A DNA stretch of 64,000 nucleotides from the NCBI GenBank assembly GCA_965248195.1, contig CBDFIQ010000002.1, positions 32,001 to 96,000 on the forward strand. Reading direction: 5' to 3'. The translations under genes and the position numbers were made by a program. Below, in pieces: positions 41,136 through 51,554 of the stretch (positions are counted from its first letter, which is position 1; the number at the start of each line of letters is the position of its first letter). Below the pieces are notes generated by a model. That model searched no databases. It was not told where the DNA came from and saw only the letters and a list, made by a program, of their open reading frames with translations. The stretch is from Longimicrobiales bacterium. Lineage in GTDB: Bacteria; Gemmatimonadota; Gemmatimonadetes; Longimicrobiales; Gaopeijiaceae.

Positions 41136-42152
41136 ATGAAGACACCGACGGTCATCGGCACCTTCACGATTGGCATGTTGTGGCTGGTCGCCGCCGCAGC
41201 ACACGCGCAAGACTGCGAGTCGGATGGTGAGGTCCAGTTTCTGTGTGGACCGGTCAGCCCGGAAGATCTCGCACCCGTCCCCCAGTCCCCCTGGGTCATC
41301 GTCTCCAGCATGGTCGATGAAGGACACCTCTATCTGGCGGACACCCGTGACTACACGTCGACCATCCTCTTTCCCACGAGCACGTCGCGACCTCGACACG
41401 ACACCGCGACGTATGGCGCGTGCCCGGGCCCCGTGTCGAGGCAATTCAGGCCACACGGCCTCAACCTTCGCCCCGGGGAAAACGGGCGCCACACCTTGTA
41501 TGTCGTTGGCCACGGGGATCGGGAAGCGATCGAAGTCTTCGAGCTCGATGTGGGCGGTGCGGTCCCCACCCTCAACTGGGTGGGATGCGCTGTGGCACCC
41601 GAGGCGCTTGCCCTGAATTCCGTGGTGGCTCTTCCGGAGGGCGGCTTCGCGGCGACGAGTCCACGAACGGGCGACGTGTGGGAATGGAGTACAGACGCTG
41701 AGTGGAGCCGCGTGCCCGGCAGCGAGGGCATCGGTCCAAACGGGCTGGAGATCTCTCGAGACGGTCGCTGGTTTTACGTCGGTGGCTATGGAAGCCAGTC
41801 GTTGATCCGCTTGTCACGTGGACGGACACCGGTCCAGACGGACGCCGTGGAGGTCGGGTTTCATATCGACAACGTCCGGTGGGGCCCCGGCGAGACGTTG
41901 TTCGCCGCCGGTCATGTCGGGCCAACCCGGGCGGCGATCGGGGAATGCATCAGGCAGAGGCAGTGCGACGGGGTGACGTCGCGGGTTGCGCAGGTTGCTC
42001 TGCAGGGCCTCACGGCCAATGAAGTAGTCCGCTACCCTTCGAACGACCTCCTGATACTTGGCACCGTCGCCATTCAGGTTGGGGACGAGATATGGGTCGG
42101 CGGCGTCGCCGGCGGCGACAGGATTGCCCGTTTCCCAACTCCGTCTCGATAG
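41136..42152 (+). CDS. Secreted six-bladed beta-propeller lactonase (SMP-30/paraoxonase-like)
   Basis: GAGGAGG RBS; signal ending AHA-Q; SPEDL, FRPHGL, REAIEVF, GPNGLEIS, IDNVRW. Confidence 0.75.
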   Translation: MKTPTVIGTFTIGMLWLVAAAAHAQDCESDGEVQFLCGPVSPEDLAPVPQSPWVIVSSMVDEGHLYLADTRDYTSTILFPTSTSRPRHDTATYGACPGPVSRQFRPHGLNLRPGENGRHTLYVVGHGDREAIEVFELDVGGAVPTLNWVGCAVAPEALALNSVVALPEGGFAATSPRTGDVWEWSTDAEWSRVPGSEGIGPNGLEISRDGRWFYVGGYGSQSLIRLSRGRTPVQTDAVEVGFHIDNVRWGPGETLFAAGHVGPTRAAIGECIRQRQCDGVTSRVAQVALQGLTANEVVRYPSNDLLILGTVAIQVGDEIWVGGVAGGDRIARFPTPSR

Positions 42153-42164
42153 AACCATGCCCGG

Positions 42165-42449
42165 TTATGGGATCCGCGCTGTTATGGTGGCCACCGACGG
42201 CACTCCGTGTGCCCGGCAGGCCATCGCTTCCGCGCCGACGTTCTCTCCGGTCACGTCCTCACCGTTCACCAGGACGGTGGGTGACCCGAAGCGGTGGAAG
42301 TCAGCCGGTGTTGACTCCTCCATGAGGTCCCATTCCGACCAAGTCAGGTGCTGACTGGACGCCTCGACGGCCTCTCTCAGGTTGTCTCGTGCTTGCGACG
42401 TGTTGGGGCATCCTTCGAGGTAGACCAACTCGATTCGCGGCGTCTTCAT
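42165..42449 (-). CDS. Small thioredoxin-fold protein of the kind seen in mer clusters
   Basis: IELVYLEGCPN, FGSPTVLVNGED, ACR. Confidence 0.65.
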   Translation of the reverse strand: MKTPRIELVYLEGCPNTSQARDNLREAVEASSQHLTWSEWDLMEESTPADFHRFGSPTVLVNGEDVTGENVGAEAMACRAHGVPSVATITARIP

Positions 42450-42590
42450 CCTTGTGTTCTCCTCTCTATGTTCTCCATGGGCCAAGAGATGGCTACCCGC
42501 CTTCGTCGGCCCGCTCTGTCGCACTGAAGCCAGTCATCCCTTCGAGTTCGCTCACGATCTCTGCAATGGTGGTCACCGTCGTGTCGAACG

Positions 42591-43283
42591 TCACGAGACG
42601 TGCCCCGCTGGGCTGGAATTCGCCAACACGGCACCCCAATTCCTGGCGTTCAATCGTTTGGCGAGGTCGGCAGCTTCATCGAGCGTAAGAAGGAACGTGC
42701 CTTCGTGCCTGGTGGCCCAAGCTTCGCCCGACTCCCGGGACTCAAAGAAGAAGACGAAATGGCAGAAGCTCGCCATCACGTTGTCCGCTGAAGAGCTGAA
42801 CAGCTCGGCGTCTGGCGCGACAAAGGACACCACGATGGTCTCGGGCTCCTGAGACCGGACACCCTCGGGCGTGACCGTGAGTCGGATGGTGCCGGTATGG
42901 GGGTCTCGACTCTCGATCCGGGCCTGCTCTCCGAGGATCTCAGGGATGAAGAGTCTGTCCCAGGCGCACCACGTCCACAGGGTGCGCCCGTCGAGATCGA
43001 GCTTGTGAGACATCGGTGCGGCAGCGAGACCTCCGAAACCCAACACCTGGCCCTCTTCATCCGGGTAGACGAATGATCGAATGGAATCCCTGCCTAGCAG
43101 ATCCTCGGCACTCGCGACCGGCACGTCCAATGCTGCGGCAAGTTGCGTGGCGGATACCGGACTGCCTTTGGCTAGTTCTCGGTAAAGTGTGACGGCCGCA
43201 CGTTGCTCGTCTTCCGCAAACGTCGGAAGCACCGCTTCGAGTGCCTGCCAATACTGATCGATGTCGGGTGTTTCGTTCTTCAT
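42591..43283 (-). CDS. merB: Alkylmercury (organomercurial) lyase
   Basis: N-terminal HTH-like region; WTWCAWD (Cys/Asp pair); SFCHFVFFF (second Cys). Confidence 0.85.
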   Translation of the reverse strand: MKNETPDIDQYWQALEAVLPTFAEDEQRAAVTLYRELAKGSPVSATQLAAALDVPVASAEDLLGRDSIRSFVYPDEEGQVLGFGGLAAAPMSHKLDLDGRTLWTWCAWDRLFIPEILGEQARIESRDPHTGTIRLTVTPEGVRSQEPETIVVSFVAPDAELFSSSADNVMASFCHFVFFFESRESGEAWATRHEGTFLLTLDEAADLAKRLNARNWGAVLANSSPAGHVS

Positions 43284-43350
43284 CGGTCTACTTCCCTGTC
43301 GTCATCGTCCCTGAGCCGCTGATCTGTCGTGGACGCGCCTCGATCCATAC

Positions 43351-43382
43351 AACCTAAACCCTGTACCACGGTACGGAGTCAA
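43351..43382 (-). promoter_or_regulatory. MerR-type operator/promoter for merB
   Basis: TTGACT-CCGTACCGTGGTACAGGGT(19)-TTAGGT closely matches the Tn21/Tn501 mer operator layout. Confidence 0.85.
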
Positions 43383-43428
43383 GGGCGGGCGGGGGGAGGG
43401 GTCGGACATCAGCCCGGGCACAACGGCG

Positions 43429-43854
43429 TCAGCCGTCTGGCCAGTCCGCTTGGTCGAGTTCTTCGAGGATCGGGCACGCACCCGTCGGCTCCCGCGCCTC
43501 ACATGCTTCCACCAGACCCCGGAGTGCGGTCTCCATCCGCCGGAGAGCCTCTATCTTACCGGCGACTTGCTCTAGTTTCTCTCGCGCCTGTGCCTCGACC
43601 GGACCACACGCGGCGACCTCATCCACCCGCAGATCGAGCAGTTCCGAAGTCTCCCGGAGCGCGAAGCCGAGTCCCTGCGCCCGCCGGATGAACTTCACGC
43701 GGTCCACAGTGTCACGGGGGTACTGGCGGTACCCCGCCGGTGTCCGTGGCGGCTCCGGTAGCAGACCCGTGCGCTCGTAGAAACGGACGGTTTCGACTCC
43801 GACTCCAGCCGCTTGGGCCAAGGCACCGATTGTCAGCGTGGCGGTCTCAGACAT
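43429..43854 (-). CDS. merR: Hg(II)-responsive MerR-family regulator
   Basis: LTIGALAQAAGVGVETVRFYER; three Cys (AACG, EAC, ACPIL). Confidence 0.85.
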   Translation of the reverse strand: MSETATLTIGALAQAAGVGVETVRFYERTGLLPEPPRTPAGYRQYPRDTVDRVKFIRRAQGLGFALRETSELLDLRVDEVAACGPVEAQAREKLEQVAGKIEALRRMETALRGLVEACEAREPTGACPILEELDQADWPDG

Positions 43855-43860
43855 GACCAC

Positions 43861-43891
43861 ACGGTAACCCCGTAGTCCGGTACGGGGTCAA
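43861..43891 (-). promoter_or_regulatory. Second MerR-type operator/promoter directly upstream of merR
   Basis: TTGACC-CCGTACCGGACTACGGGGT(19)-TACCGT. Confidence 0.8.
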
Positions 43892-43950
43892 GCTCTAAGT
43901 CTAGACGGCTGGTCGAGGCGGATGTCCCGCAACGCCCGACGGAAACCCCT

Positions 43951-44373
43951 TCAGCGGCGGCCCCTCATCGTCACTTCGATGGCCCCGCCGGGATAGCCCG
44001 TGCCGTACTTTATGGTGGCGTCCGGGGCGGAGAGGAAACGTATGGATTCGATCTGGGAAGCACTCATTCGGTGCAGTGCACTTGGCGGGCCATAGGGCGT
44101 CCCATCGACCACGACCCGCGCAAATATGGGTCCACCGCCAAAAGTGCGGCCTCGGCGGTCGTCTTGTAACCATTGCCGGTTAAGCGATTCGACCACCTGG
44201 TAAGCGGTGTCGCCCGCGCGTTGGTCAAGCTCGGCCCGGACGATCAGCCTCGAGTTCCCCCGGGTGTCCCCTGCGGCTGTTTGCCCCCCCTCTCCCAGGG
44301 ATGTGTTTCCAGACGAAACACAGGCCGAGACTACGAGCGCCAAAACGAGTGATTCACAGCGGTGGAAAGACAT
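43951..44373 (-). CDS. Small lipoprotein with a TonB-plug-like domain
   Basis: VVSAC lipobox; VVVDG, IESIRFLSAPDATIKYGTGYPGGAIEV. Confidence 0.65.
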   Translation of the reverse strand: MSFHRCESLVLALVVSACVSSGNTSLGEGGQTAAGDTRGNSRLIVRAELDQRAGDTAYQVVESLNRQWLQDDRRGRTFGGGPIFARVVVDGTPYGPPSALHRMSASQIESIRFLSAPDATIKYGTGYPGGAIEVTMRGRR

Positions 44374-44595
44374 TACGGCCCTCACTCTCGGATGTAACTT
44401 CCAATGCCGCACCTAAAACGGTGGTCGAACCGGGCCTTGTCAAGAAGCTCCCCCTCAAACCTTGACCTTGCTCGCTCGCTGACCCACCCTCTCAGTGACA
44501 CTCTCAGTGACAAACCCCACGATTTCTGGCAGTTTCCGACGGCTTAAGAAAAACCGAAAACCCAATGAAATGGCGGGTTTCTGTTGCTGGTGGTT

Positions 44596-44695
44596 GGCCC
44601 TCGCTATGGGGACGTGGTGCGGACTCGTGACTTTAGGTTCGAGCCGAGGCAGGAAGGTGAACCTCCGCGACGCGGACCTGAATGCTGACCGCCGA
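44596..44695 (+). repeat. Orphan partial copy of the tRNA-linked repeat (matches 10539-10637)
   Basis: GGCCCTCGCTAT..GGAC.TGGTGCGGACTCG...GGTTCGAGCCGAGGC...ACCTCCGCGA.GCGGACCTG.ATGC.GACCGCCGA. Confidence 0.85.
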
Positions 44696-44715
44696 CCCAG
44701 CACGCCGCTAGCTAG

Positions 44716-45526
44716 GGCCTGTTAACACTATCTGAGGGCTTCGACGATGAGCGCGAAGTGGATGAAGGCGGTAAACATCACGTCGAGCTTGTCAAAGCGG
44801 GAGAAGATTCTTCTGAAGCCTTTGAGTCGCCGAAATAACCGCTCTATTTCGTTACGACGGCGATACATGACTCGGTCATACTGCCACGGGTTAACACGGC
44901 CCTGCTTGGGTGGCACGACCGGCGTAAACCCCAGCTCCAACACCAATTGCCGTGTTTCGCCCCCCTCGTACGCCCGGTCCATGATCATGGACACTGTGGA
45001 ATGTACCGGCTTCAACGTGCGTAGCAGTTCCCGTCCTTCCGGCGCGTCGTGCTTGTGGCCTGGCGATAGCGAGAAGGTTATCGCGGTTCGAGCATCTGCG
45101 GCAACCATATGAATCTTGGTGGTCCAGCCTCCACGCGACTTGCCGATGGCCTGCGGGCCGTTTTTTTTAGAGCGCCGGTGCCATCAGGGTGCACCTTGAC
45201 GATGGTACTGTCGATCGACAGAGCTTGGATCTTGATCCGGATAATTTGCTCGTCTTGCAGGGCCGCAAAGACACGATCCAGCACACCTGCCCTGGCCCAG
45301 CGATTCATTCGGGTGTAGATCGTATGCCAGTTACCGAAACGCGGAGGCAACCCCCGCCATTTGCAGCCGTGTTCGGCCACATACAGGATCGCGTTAAGCA
45401 CTTCGAGATTGGAGATGCTCTCATTGCCGCGCTGATGCGGAAAGCAAGCCTCTATCCGACGATATTGGGACTCTGTGATTTTCATAGCCCCAATATACTA
45501 CAAATTGCCCTTAGTGTTAACAGACC
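44716..45526 (-). mobile_element. IS5-family element (IS427-group-like), two ORFs joined by a -1 frameshift at A8
   Basis: IRs GGCCTGTTAACACTA / GGTCTGTTAACACTA; flanked by CTAG on both sides; IDST, DRAYE, YRRRNEIERLF. Confidence 0.92.
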
Positions 45527-45557
45527 CTAGTATGAGCACCAACACGAGCCGACGACG

Positions 45558-46865
45558 ATGATCATCATGAAGTTCGGTGGAACTTCGCTAGCAACCGCGG
45601 AATCCATCCAGAACGTATTCCGTATCGTCCGCGACCGCCTTGACCAAGACCCTGTGCTCGTGGTTTCGGCGCATGCAGGTGTGACGAATTCCCTCGTTGA
45701 GATCGCTCGAAGCGCCCCCGGTGGTGACGCCGACGTCTCCCAGATCGAGGATTTCCACCACCGACTCCTGGAGGATCTCGACCTGCCTGTCGACCTCCTA
45801 GACGAGCAGCTCGGCGAAATGGCCGGCCTGGCGCGAGGGATGAAGCTCGTGTCCGAGGCCAGTCCCAGGGCCCGGGATGTCCTCCTGAGTTTTGGAGAGC
45901 GGTGTTCAGTGCGGGTTCTCGCGGCCACCTTCAACCGGCAAGGTCTGCGGGCCCAGGCGGTCGATGCGTTCGACGTCGGCTTGCGCACCGACGGCAACTT
46001 CGGCCGCGCACGACCGGTTGCGGACGACGGCCGGATTGCCGAGAACATGAGCACGCTGGAGGGTATCCCGATCCTGACGGGCTTCCTGGGACGCGACGCC
46101 GATGGCAACATCACCACGCTAGGCCGAAACGGTTCCGACTTCTCAGCGGCTCTGTTCGGCAACGCGCTCGCTGCCTCGGAGATCCAGATCTGGACCGACG
46201 TCGATGGAGTGATGACCGCGGATCCGCGATTGGTCGAGGGCGCCCAGCCGATCCCGGTCATGAGCTTTGGCGAAGCGAGCGAGCTCGCCTACTACGGCGG
46301 TAAGGTGCTCCACCCAGCGACGATCCTGCCGGCGATCGAGAAGTCCATCCCAGTGCGGGTTCTGAACACCAACAACGCCGACAACCCCGGGACGGTCATC
46401 CTTCCGGTGTACGAGGAGCCCAATGCCCCCGTGCGGGCCGTGGTGCACAAGAACGACATTCATCTGATCAACCTCGTGTCCCCACCGATGCTGCAACAGC
46501 ACGGATTCCTCGCCAAGGTGTTCCGGATCGCCGAGGCCCATGAGGTCGACGTCGACCTGGTCGCCACCTCCGAGGTGTCGATCACGATGACCGCGGATCG
46601 CGCCGACCATCTACCGGTGTTCTGCGAGGAGCTTGGCGAGTTGGGTGATGTGACAGTCGAGCCTGACCATGCGTTGATCTGCGTTGTCGGCCAAGGGATC
46701 GCACACACCCATGGCATCGCGGCTCAAGTGCTGGGTACGCTCGCTGAGGCGGGGGTACATGTTCGAGTGATCAGTCAGGGGGCGATCAAGGTCAACATCG
46801 GTCTCGTGATCCAACAGGCCGACCTCCAGAACGCCGTCACTGCCTTGCACTCCCACTTCTTTTAG
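45558..46865 (+). CDS. lysC: Aspartate kinase
   Basis: MKFGGTS, VVSA, SFGE, TTLGRNGSDFSA, WTDVDGVMTADPR, GGKVLHP, two ACT domains. Confidence 0.93.
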   Translation: MIIMKFGGTSLATAESIQNVFRIVRDRLDQDPVLVVSAHAGVTNSLVEIARSAPGGDADVSQIEDFHHRLLEDLDLPVDLLDEQLGEMAGLARGMKLVSEASPRARDVLLSFGERCSVRVLAATFNRQGLRAQAVDAFDVGLRTDGNFGRARPVADDGRIAENMSTLEGIPILTGFLGRDADGNITTLGRNGSDFSAALFGNALAASEIQIWTDVDGVMTADPRLVEGAQPIPVMSFGEASELAYYGGKVLHPATILPAIEKSIPVRVLNTNNADNPGTVILPVYEEPNAPVRAVVHKNDIHLINLVSPPMLQQHGFLAKVFRIAEAHEVDVDLVATSEVSITMTADRADHLPVFCEELGELGDVTVEPDHALICVVGQGIAHTHGIAAQVLGTLAEAGVHVRVISQGAIKVNIGLVIQQADLQNAVTALHSHFF

Positions 46866-47070
46866 CCAGCCCTTCTCGATGCCCCTCCAGCCGCCGGCCC
46901 CCGAGGCCCACACCGGAGACACAAATACCAACGAGAGACGGCCTCGGCCAGGTCTTGAAAAGGAAAATTGCAACTTCTGCGGATATCGTGTACGGTGTTC
47001 ATGTTTGCGCTGGTGGTAGGGTCGGGAGAGGTGGGCTGCGTGCGATCGCAACTCTGAGCGAGGAGGTATC

Positions 47071-47928
47071 ATGGCCCGAACGGCATGGATTCTGATGACG
47101 GTGGCTCTCTGCCTGTCAGGTGGGCAGACGTTGGATGCACAGGGCGGTTACGAGACGACACGCATCGCTGAAGGGGTGTATCAGTTCCGGTGGCAGGCCC
47201 ACAACGGATTCTTCGTGGTGACACCCGCGGGCGTGCTGGCTGTCGACCCCATCTCCGTGGAGGCCGCGGCACAGTACGCTGAGGAGATCAAGAAGGTCGC
47301 CCCGAACGCTCCGCTCCGGGCCATCGTCTACAGCCATGAGGATGCCGATCACGCGACGGGCGCCCCGGCACTCATGAGTGCCATGGGCGTGAGCGTGCCG
47401 ATCATCGCCCAGCGTAACGCCGTGCCGAACCTCGCTCGGGCGGCGAGCGCCGATCTTCCCGTGCCGACGCTCACCTACCAGGAGTTCATGAGCTTGACGT
47501 TGGGCGGCCGCGTGATCGAGCTGCACTACCTCGGGGCCAATCACAGTGACAACTCGACGGTCGTGTACGTGCCCGACGTCAAGGTGGCCTTCGCGGTGGA
47601 TTTCGTGTCGAACGATCGCGTCGGCTTCCAGGAGCTTCCCGGTTGGCGTTTTCCCGACGTCTTCGCGTCTGTCGCACGCCTCCTCGACCTCGACTTCGAG
47701 GTCATGGTCTTCGGTCACGGGCCGGCCGGAGATCGTGACACGATCCATCGGCAGATCCGCTACTACGACGCCCTCAGGGCCGGAGTGCGTAGGGCCGTAG
47801 AGGCGGGTTGGTCGGAGGATCGCGCGGCGGCGGAGGTCAGGCTTCCGGAGTACGGGGATTGGGGCCAGTACGACGCCTGGTTCCCCTTGAACGTACGGGG
47901 CGTGTACCGGTGGATGAGCAGCCGGTAG
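47071..47928 (+). CDS. Secreted metallo-beta-lactamase-fold hydrolase
   Basis: YSHEDADHATG (variant HxHxDH), NHSDN, FAVD, FGHG. Confidence 0.8.
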   Translation: MARTAWILMTVALCLSGGQTLDAQGGYETTRIAEGVYQFRWQAHNGFFVVTPAGVLAVDPISVEAAAQYAEEIKKVAPNAPLRAIVYSHEDADHATGAPALMSAMGVSVPIIAQRNAVPNLARAASADLPVPTLTYQEFMSLTLGGRVIELHYLGANHSDNSTVVYVPDVKVAFAVDFVSNDRVGFQELPGWRFPDVFASVARLLDLDFEVMVFGHGPAGDRDTIHRQIRYYDALRAGVRRAVEAGWSEDRAAAEVRLPEYGDWGQYDAWFPLNVRGVYRWMSSR

Positions 47929-49199
47929 CTTCCCTACTCCGGCTGTGGCTTCTCCTATTGGGTCCAGCTTGGCTGGGCTGCGACAGCGGGACGGATCCGC
48001 GCCATGCGGCCCGGATCGACTTCGACTTTCCGGGCGCGAGTCTCGCCTATGCACAGTCGCTGGGTGGGGACACCTACCGGATCGGTCTCAAGGACGATAC
48101 CAATGCCACCGCCAAACTCTGGTTCTCCTTTCGGGTCCAGGAGGCCCAAGGCCGCACGCTGACCTTCCGCCTGGAAAACGCCGCGACCGCTACCGACCAG
48201 TGGGAGTACCGCCAACCCGTGCTGAGTACCGATCAGGGGCAGAGTTGGACGCGCATCACCGACACCGCATTCGATAGCCCCACGTTCAGCTTCACCTTCA
48301 CCGCCCACTCCAACGCCGATTGGGTGGCGCTCAGCCCTGCCTACTCCTTCGCCCGATACCTGGCGCTGGTTCAGGAGTTGGGGACACATCCCGAGGTCGC
48401 AGCCGTCACCGAGGTGGGACGGACCCTCGGGGGCCAGCCGCTCCATCACCTGGAGATCCGGAGCCAGCCGGGGGGAAACCTGCCGGCCGTTTGGGCCGTG
48501 GGGCGTCAACACCCTGGAGAACCCGGCGGATCCTACATGATCGAGGGCTTCCTCCGCTGGGCCGTGAGCGGGGATCCCGCCGCGGTGGCCCTACGGGAAC
48601 GGGCCGAGATCCACGCGATCCCCTTCCTGAACCCGGACGGGGTGCTCGCAGGGAACCAGCGGATGAACCTGGCAGGACTCGATCTGAACCGGCAGTGGAT
48701 GAATCCGACACTTTCCGAGTCACCGGCCATCTTCTGGGCGCAGAAGGCGATCACGGACTACCGGGACGGAGGGGGCGAGACCCGTATCCTCGTGGACTTC
48801 CATTCCGCCCCCACGGGCCGAAGCAACTTCTTCATCTACAGCGAGGAGTTCAGCACGACCACGGCCCTCTACACCGAGATACGCGCCCTCCTCGCTGACA
48901 TTCAGTCACTGAATGGAGACTTCGTTCCGCTGGACGACAATGTGGCCCGCACTGTTCAGGGGGAGCGAGGGCGAGGATGGGGATTCACGGCGCTCCAGAC
49001 CCACGGCCTTACGGTGGAGTCTTCCGGAAACGACGTGACTTACGGTCCGCACACCGGAGAGCAGATGACTCCGGAACGACTCGTTGCGTTGGGAGAGGCG
49101 GTCGGGCGGGGAATCCAGCGCCAACTGTTCGGCGGTTCGAACCGTAGCGCCTACTGCAGTCGCTGCGGGTTGTTTGCCCCTAGGCTGACAGCGCGATAA
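47910..49199 (+). CDS. M14 zinc carboxypeptidase (CCP/Nna1-like) lipoprotein
   Basis: WFSFRV N-domain, GRQHPGE, NPDG, DLNRQW, DFHS, LTVE. Confidence 0.82.
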   Translation: MDEQPVASLLRLWLLLLGPAWLGCDSGTDPRHAARIDFDFPGASLAYAQSLGGDTYRIGLKDDTNATAKLWFSFRVQEAQGRTLTFRLENAATATDQWEYRQPVLSTDQGQSWTRITDTAFDSPTFSFTFTAHSNADWVALSPAYSFARYLALVQELGTHPEVAAVTEVGRTLGGQPLHHLEIRSQPGGNLPAVWAVGRQHPGEPGGSYMIEGFLRWAVSGDPAAVALRERAEIHAIPFLNPDGVLAGNQRMNLAGLDLNRQWMNPTLSESPAIFWAQKAITDYRDGGGETRILVDFHSAPTGRSNFFIYSEEFSTTTALYTEIRALLADIQSLNGDFVPLDDNVARTVQGERGRGWGFTALQTHGLTVESSGNDVTYGPHTGEQMTPERLVALGEAVGRGIQRQLFGGSNRSAYCSRCGLFAPRLTAR

Positions 49200-49453
49200 C
49201 CTCAGCGGCTCGACGCTGAGGTACGATCGGATGGTGGGAATCAACCCGAACGCGGTCCTGCCCGAGAACCAGCCCCGAGTGCGGCGGGTAGAGAATCTGA
49301 CCTCAAATCGCCTGGAAACCAGCGCAACCAACGCCAACGGTGTGAAGGTCATACTGAAGTATACGCGGGTCGAGTGAGTTGGAGGAATCCCCCGGAACAA
49401 CACAAGTAATGCCCCGTAACATTATGAGTTAGGTGCAGCCGGAGGATCGGACA

Positions 49454-50482
49454 ATGAAACGCGTCGTGCTAATCTCCCTGGCAAGTGTGGTTTTCGTCGG
49501 TTGCAAGGACGCCACGCAACCGGTCGACGGCGAGGTGGTGGTCCATGAGCTCAGAGCCTCGCCGTCGACTACCCACATTTCTTTCTTCGACGCTTCGCTC
49601 GAGCCGGTTCTGCGGATTGAATCGGGTGATGTGGTAAGATTGGAAACGGCAACAGGAAATCCGCGCTGGTTCGAGAACGCGGGCGTGCCCCGGGATCAGA
49701 TTCCGCCCGAGCTGTACGAAGTCTATGAAGCGTATGAGTCGACCGGTCGAGGAGACCATACCCTGAATGGTCCCATCTTCGTGAACGGAGCCGAGCCGGG
49801 CGACGTGTTGGAGATCCGCATCCTGTCGGTTGACGTCAGGTTGCCGATAGCGGGCCAGGGTATCGGCAGCAGGCTTTTCCCCGGGGAGATGGATGCCAAC
49901 GTGTCCCGAGTCCACTGGATTGACCTGGTAAACCGGACGGTCGAATTTGCGCCCGGGGTGGTGGTTCCCATCAAGCCATTTTGGGGGGTGATCGGAGTTG
50001 CGCCGCCTCCGGAAATGGGGCGAGTGAGGAGCGGCGCGCCGAACTTCTTCGGTGGCAACATGGACAATCGCGACCTCGGGGGGGGCAGTATCTTGTACCT
50101 GCCGGTCCATAATCCTGGTGCGCTGCTCTCTGTCGGAGACGGTCACGCAGTACAGGGGTATGGTGAGATCTCCGGTTCGGCCGTGGAAACTTCTCTCAGG
50201 GGTGCGATCCAGGTGTTTCTGCATAAGAACCAGGAACTGGAGTGGCCTCGCGCTGAGACCCCCACCCATTACATGACCATGGGTCTCAACGCTGATCTTG
50301 ACGAGGCCGCACGAATGGCCGCCGTCGAGATGATCGACTTTCTGGTCGAGACGAAGGGTATCGACCGTGAGACGGCAATCCTCCTGTGCAGCGTGGCCAT
50401 GGACATGATGGTGACTCAGGTCGTGGATGGGACCAAGGGCATTCACGCCATGATCGCGAAGGAAGTGTTTAGAGACTACTGA
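49454..50482 (+). CDS. Acetamidase/formamidase family lipoprotein
   Basis: HTLNGPIFVNGAEPGDVL, GGNMD, GDGHAVQGYGEI, AVE. Confidence 0.88.
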   Translation: MKRVVLISLASVVFVGCKDATQPVDGEVVVHELRASPSTTHISFFDASLEPVLRIESGDVVRLETATGNPRWFENAGVPRDQIPPELYEVYEAYESTGRGDHTLNGPIFVNGAEPGDVLEIRILSVDVRLPIAGQGIGSRLFPGEMDANVSRVHWIDLVNRTVEFAPGVVVPIKPFWGVIGVAPPPEMGRVRSGAPNFFGGNMDNRDLGGGSILYLPVHNPGALLSVGDGHAVQGYGEISGSAVETSLRGAIQVFLHKNQELEWPRAETPTHYMTMGLNADLDEAARMAAVEMIDFLVETKGIDRETAILLCSVAMDMMVTQVVDGTKGIHAMIAKEVFRDY

Positions 50483-50532
50483 GCCCCCCACGACCTCAAA
50501 CACGAGCGCAAGGTCCCGCTGAAGGAGGCAAC

Positions 50533-51546
50533 ATGAAGCGAACGTCCCTCCTCGTGGTTGTCTTTTCGAGCCTTCTGGCGGGTCCGCTCGCAGACAACCT
50601 CCGGGCCATGGATCAGGCGGTCGGCCTGGCGGACGACGGATTCCCGAGGTCCGGCCAGGTCGCGGATGCGGAGACGCGAGCTCCGCTCAGTGAGGCGATC
50701 GTGGAGTTGCCCGAGCTCGGAATTCGGGTGATCTCGGACGAGTTGGGTCGGGTCGACCTCGGTCGTCTCCCGACTGGGCGACATCGCATAACAGCAGAGC
50801 GGGTCGGCTACGACGGCATCGGAGTAGGCGAATTGCCGGTTCCCTGGAACGAAGATTTCCTGATTCTGCTGGACCGTGACCCGACCTACGACCCGCTGGT
50901 TCCGGGGCGCATCGTCGGTCGGGTCACAGAGGAGGGCAGAGACCGTGGGGTTTCAGACGTGGAGGTCACGGTACTGGGCCCTGCACGCGCTGGTACAGTG
51001 ACGGATGGACGTGGCCGTTTCGATTTGAGAGACCTGGAGCCGGGGTTGATGGAGGTCCAGTTCACGCACCTGGGTTACGCCTCCCGCACGACCACACTGA
51101 TCGTGCAACCCGGAGGAACGGTCGAAATCAACGCCTCGATGTCCGCCCAGCCGATCGAGCTCGAGCCGATCGAGGTCACGGTCCGCTCCGCGTACCTCGA
51201 ACGGAACGGGTTCTACCGGCGGTCCCGCCTCTGGGGTAAGCAGTTCACACGGACAGACCTGGACGAAATCAACCCGACGTACCTATCGGACGTCTTTTGG
51301 CGGGTTCCGGGCGTGACGGTGGAGCGTCGGGGGTTCGACGCGGTAGCCGTGAGCGGGCGGGTCACCAGTCTGAGCTTTGGCAGCTGTGTTCTGCCGGTGT
51401 ACGTGGACGGGGTTCGGTCGTTCGATGCGGATCTCGACCGATTCCCACCAGAGTGGATCGGTGCGATGGAGGTCTACCACGGAATCAGCACGCCCATCGA
51501 GTACGGCTTTCAATCCTGCGGCGTGGTCCTCATCTGGACGCGGTGA
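50533..51546 (+). CDS. Carboxypeptidase-regulatory-like domains plus a TonB-plug-like domain
   Basis: Repeated G.V.D...TD..GRF...GY; VYVDG, MEVY, CGVVLIWTR. Confidence 0.7.
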   Translation: MKRTSLLVVVFSSLLAGPLADNLRAMDQAVGLADDGFPRSGQVADAETRAPLSEAIVELPELGIRVISDELGRVDLGRLPTGRHRITAERVGYDGIGVGELPVPWNEDFLILLDRDPTYDPLVPGRIVGRVTEEGRDRGVSDVEVTVLGPARAGTVTDGRGRFDLRDLEPGLMEVQFTHLGYASRTTTLIVQPGGTVEINASMSAQPIELEPIEVTVRSAYLERNGFYRRSRLWGKQFTRTDLDEINPTYLSDVFWRVPGVTVERRGFDAVAVSGRVTSLSFGSCVLPVYVDGVRSFDADLDRFPPEWIGAMEVYHGISTPIEYGFQSCGVVLIWTR

Positions 51547-51554
51547 AGTGGCTC

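Noticed and set aside
49190..49378. Short open frame ending ...GVKVILKYTRVE*
   Set aside because: No start or RBS; at most a gene remnant that cannot be assigned.
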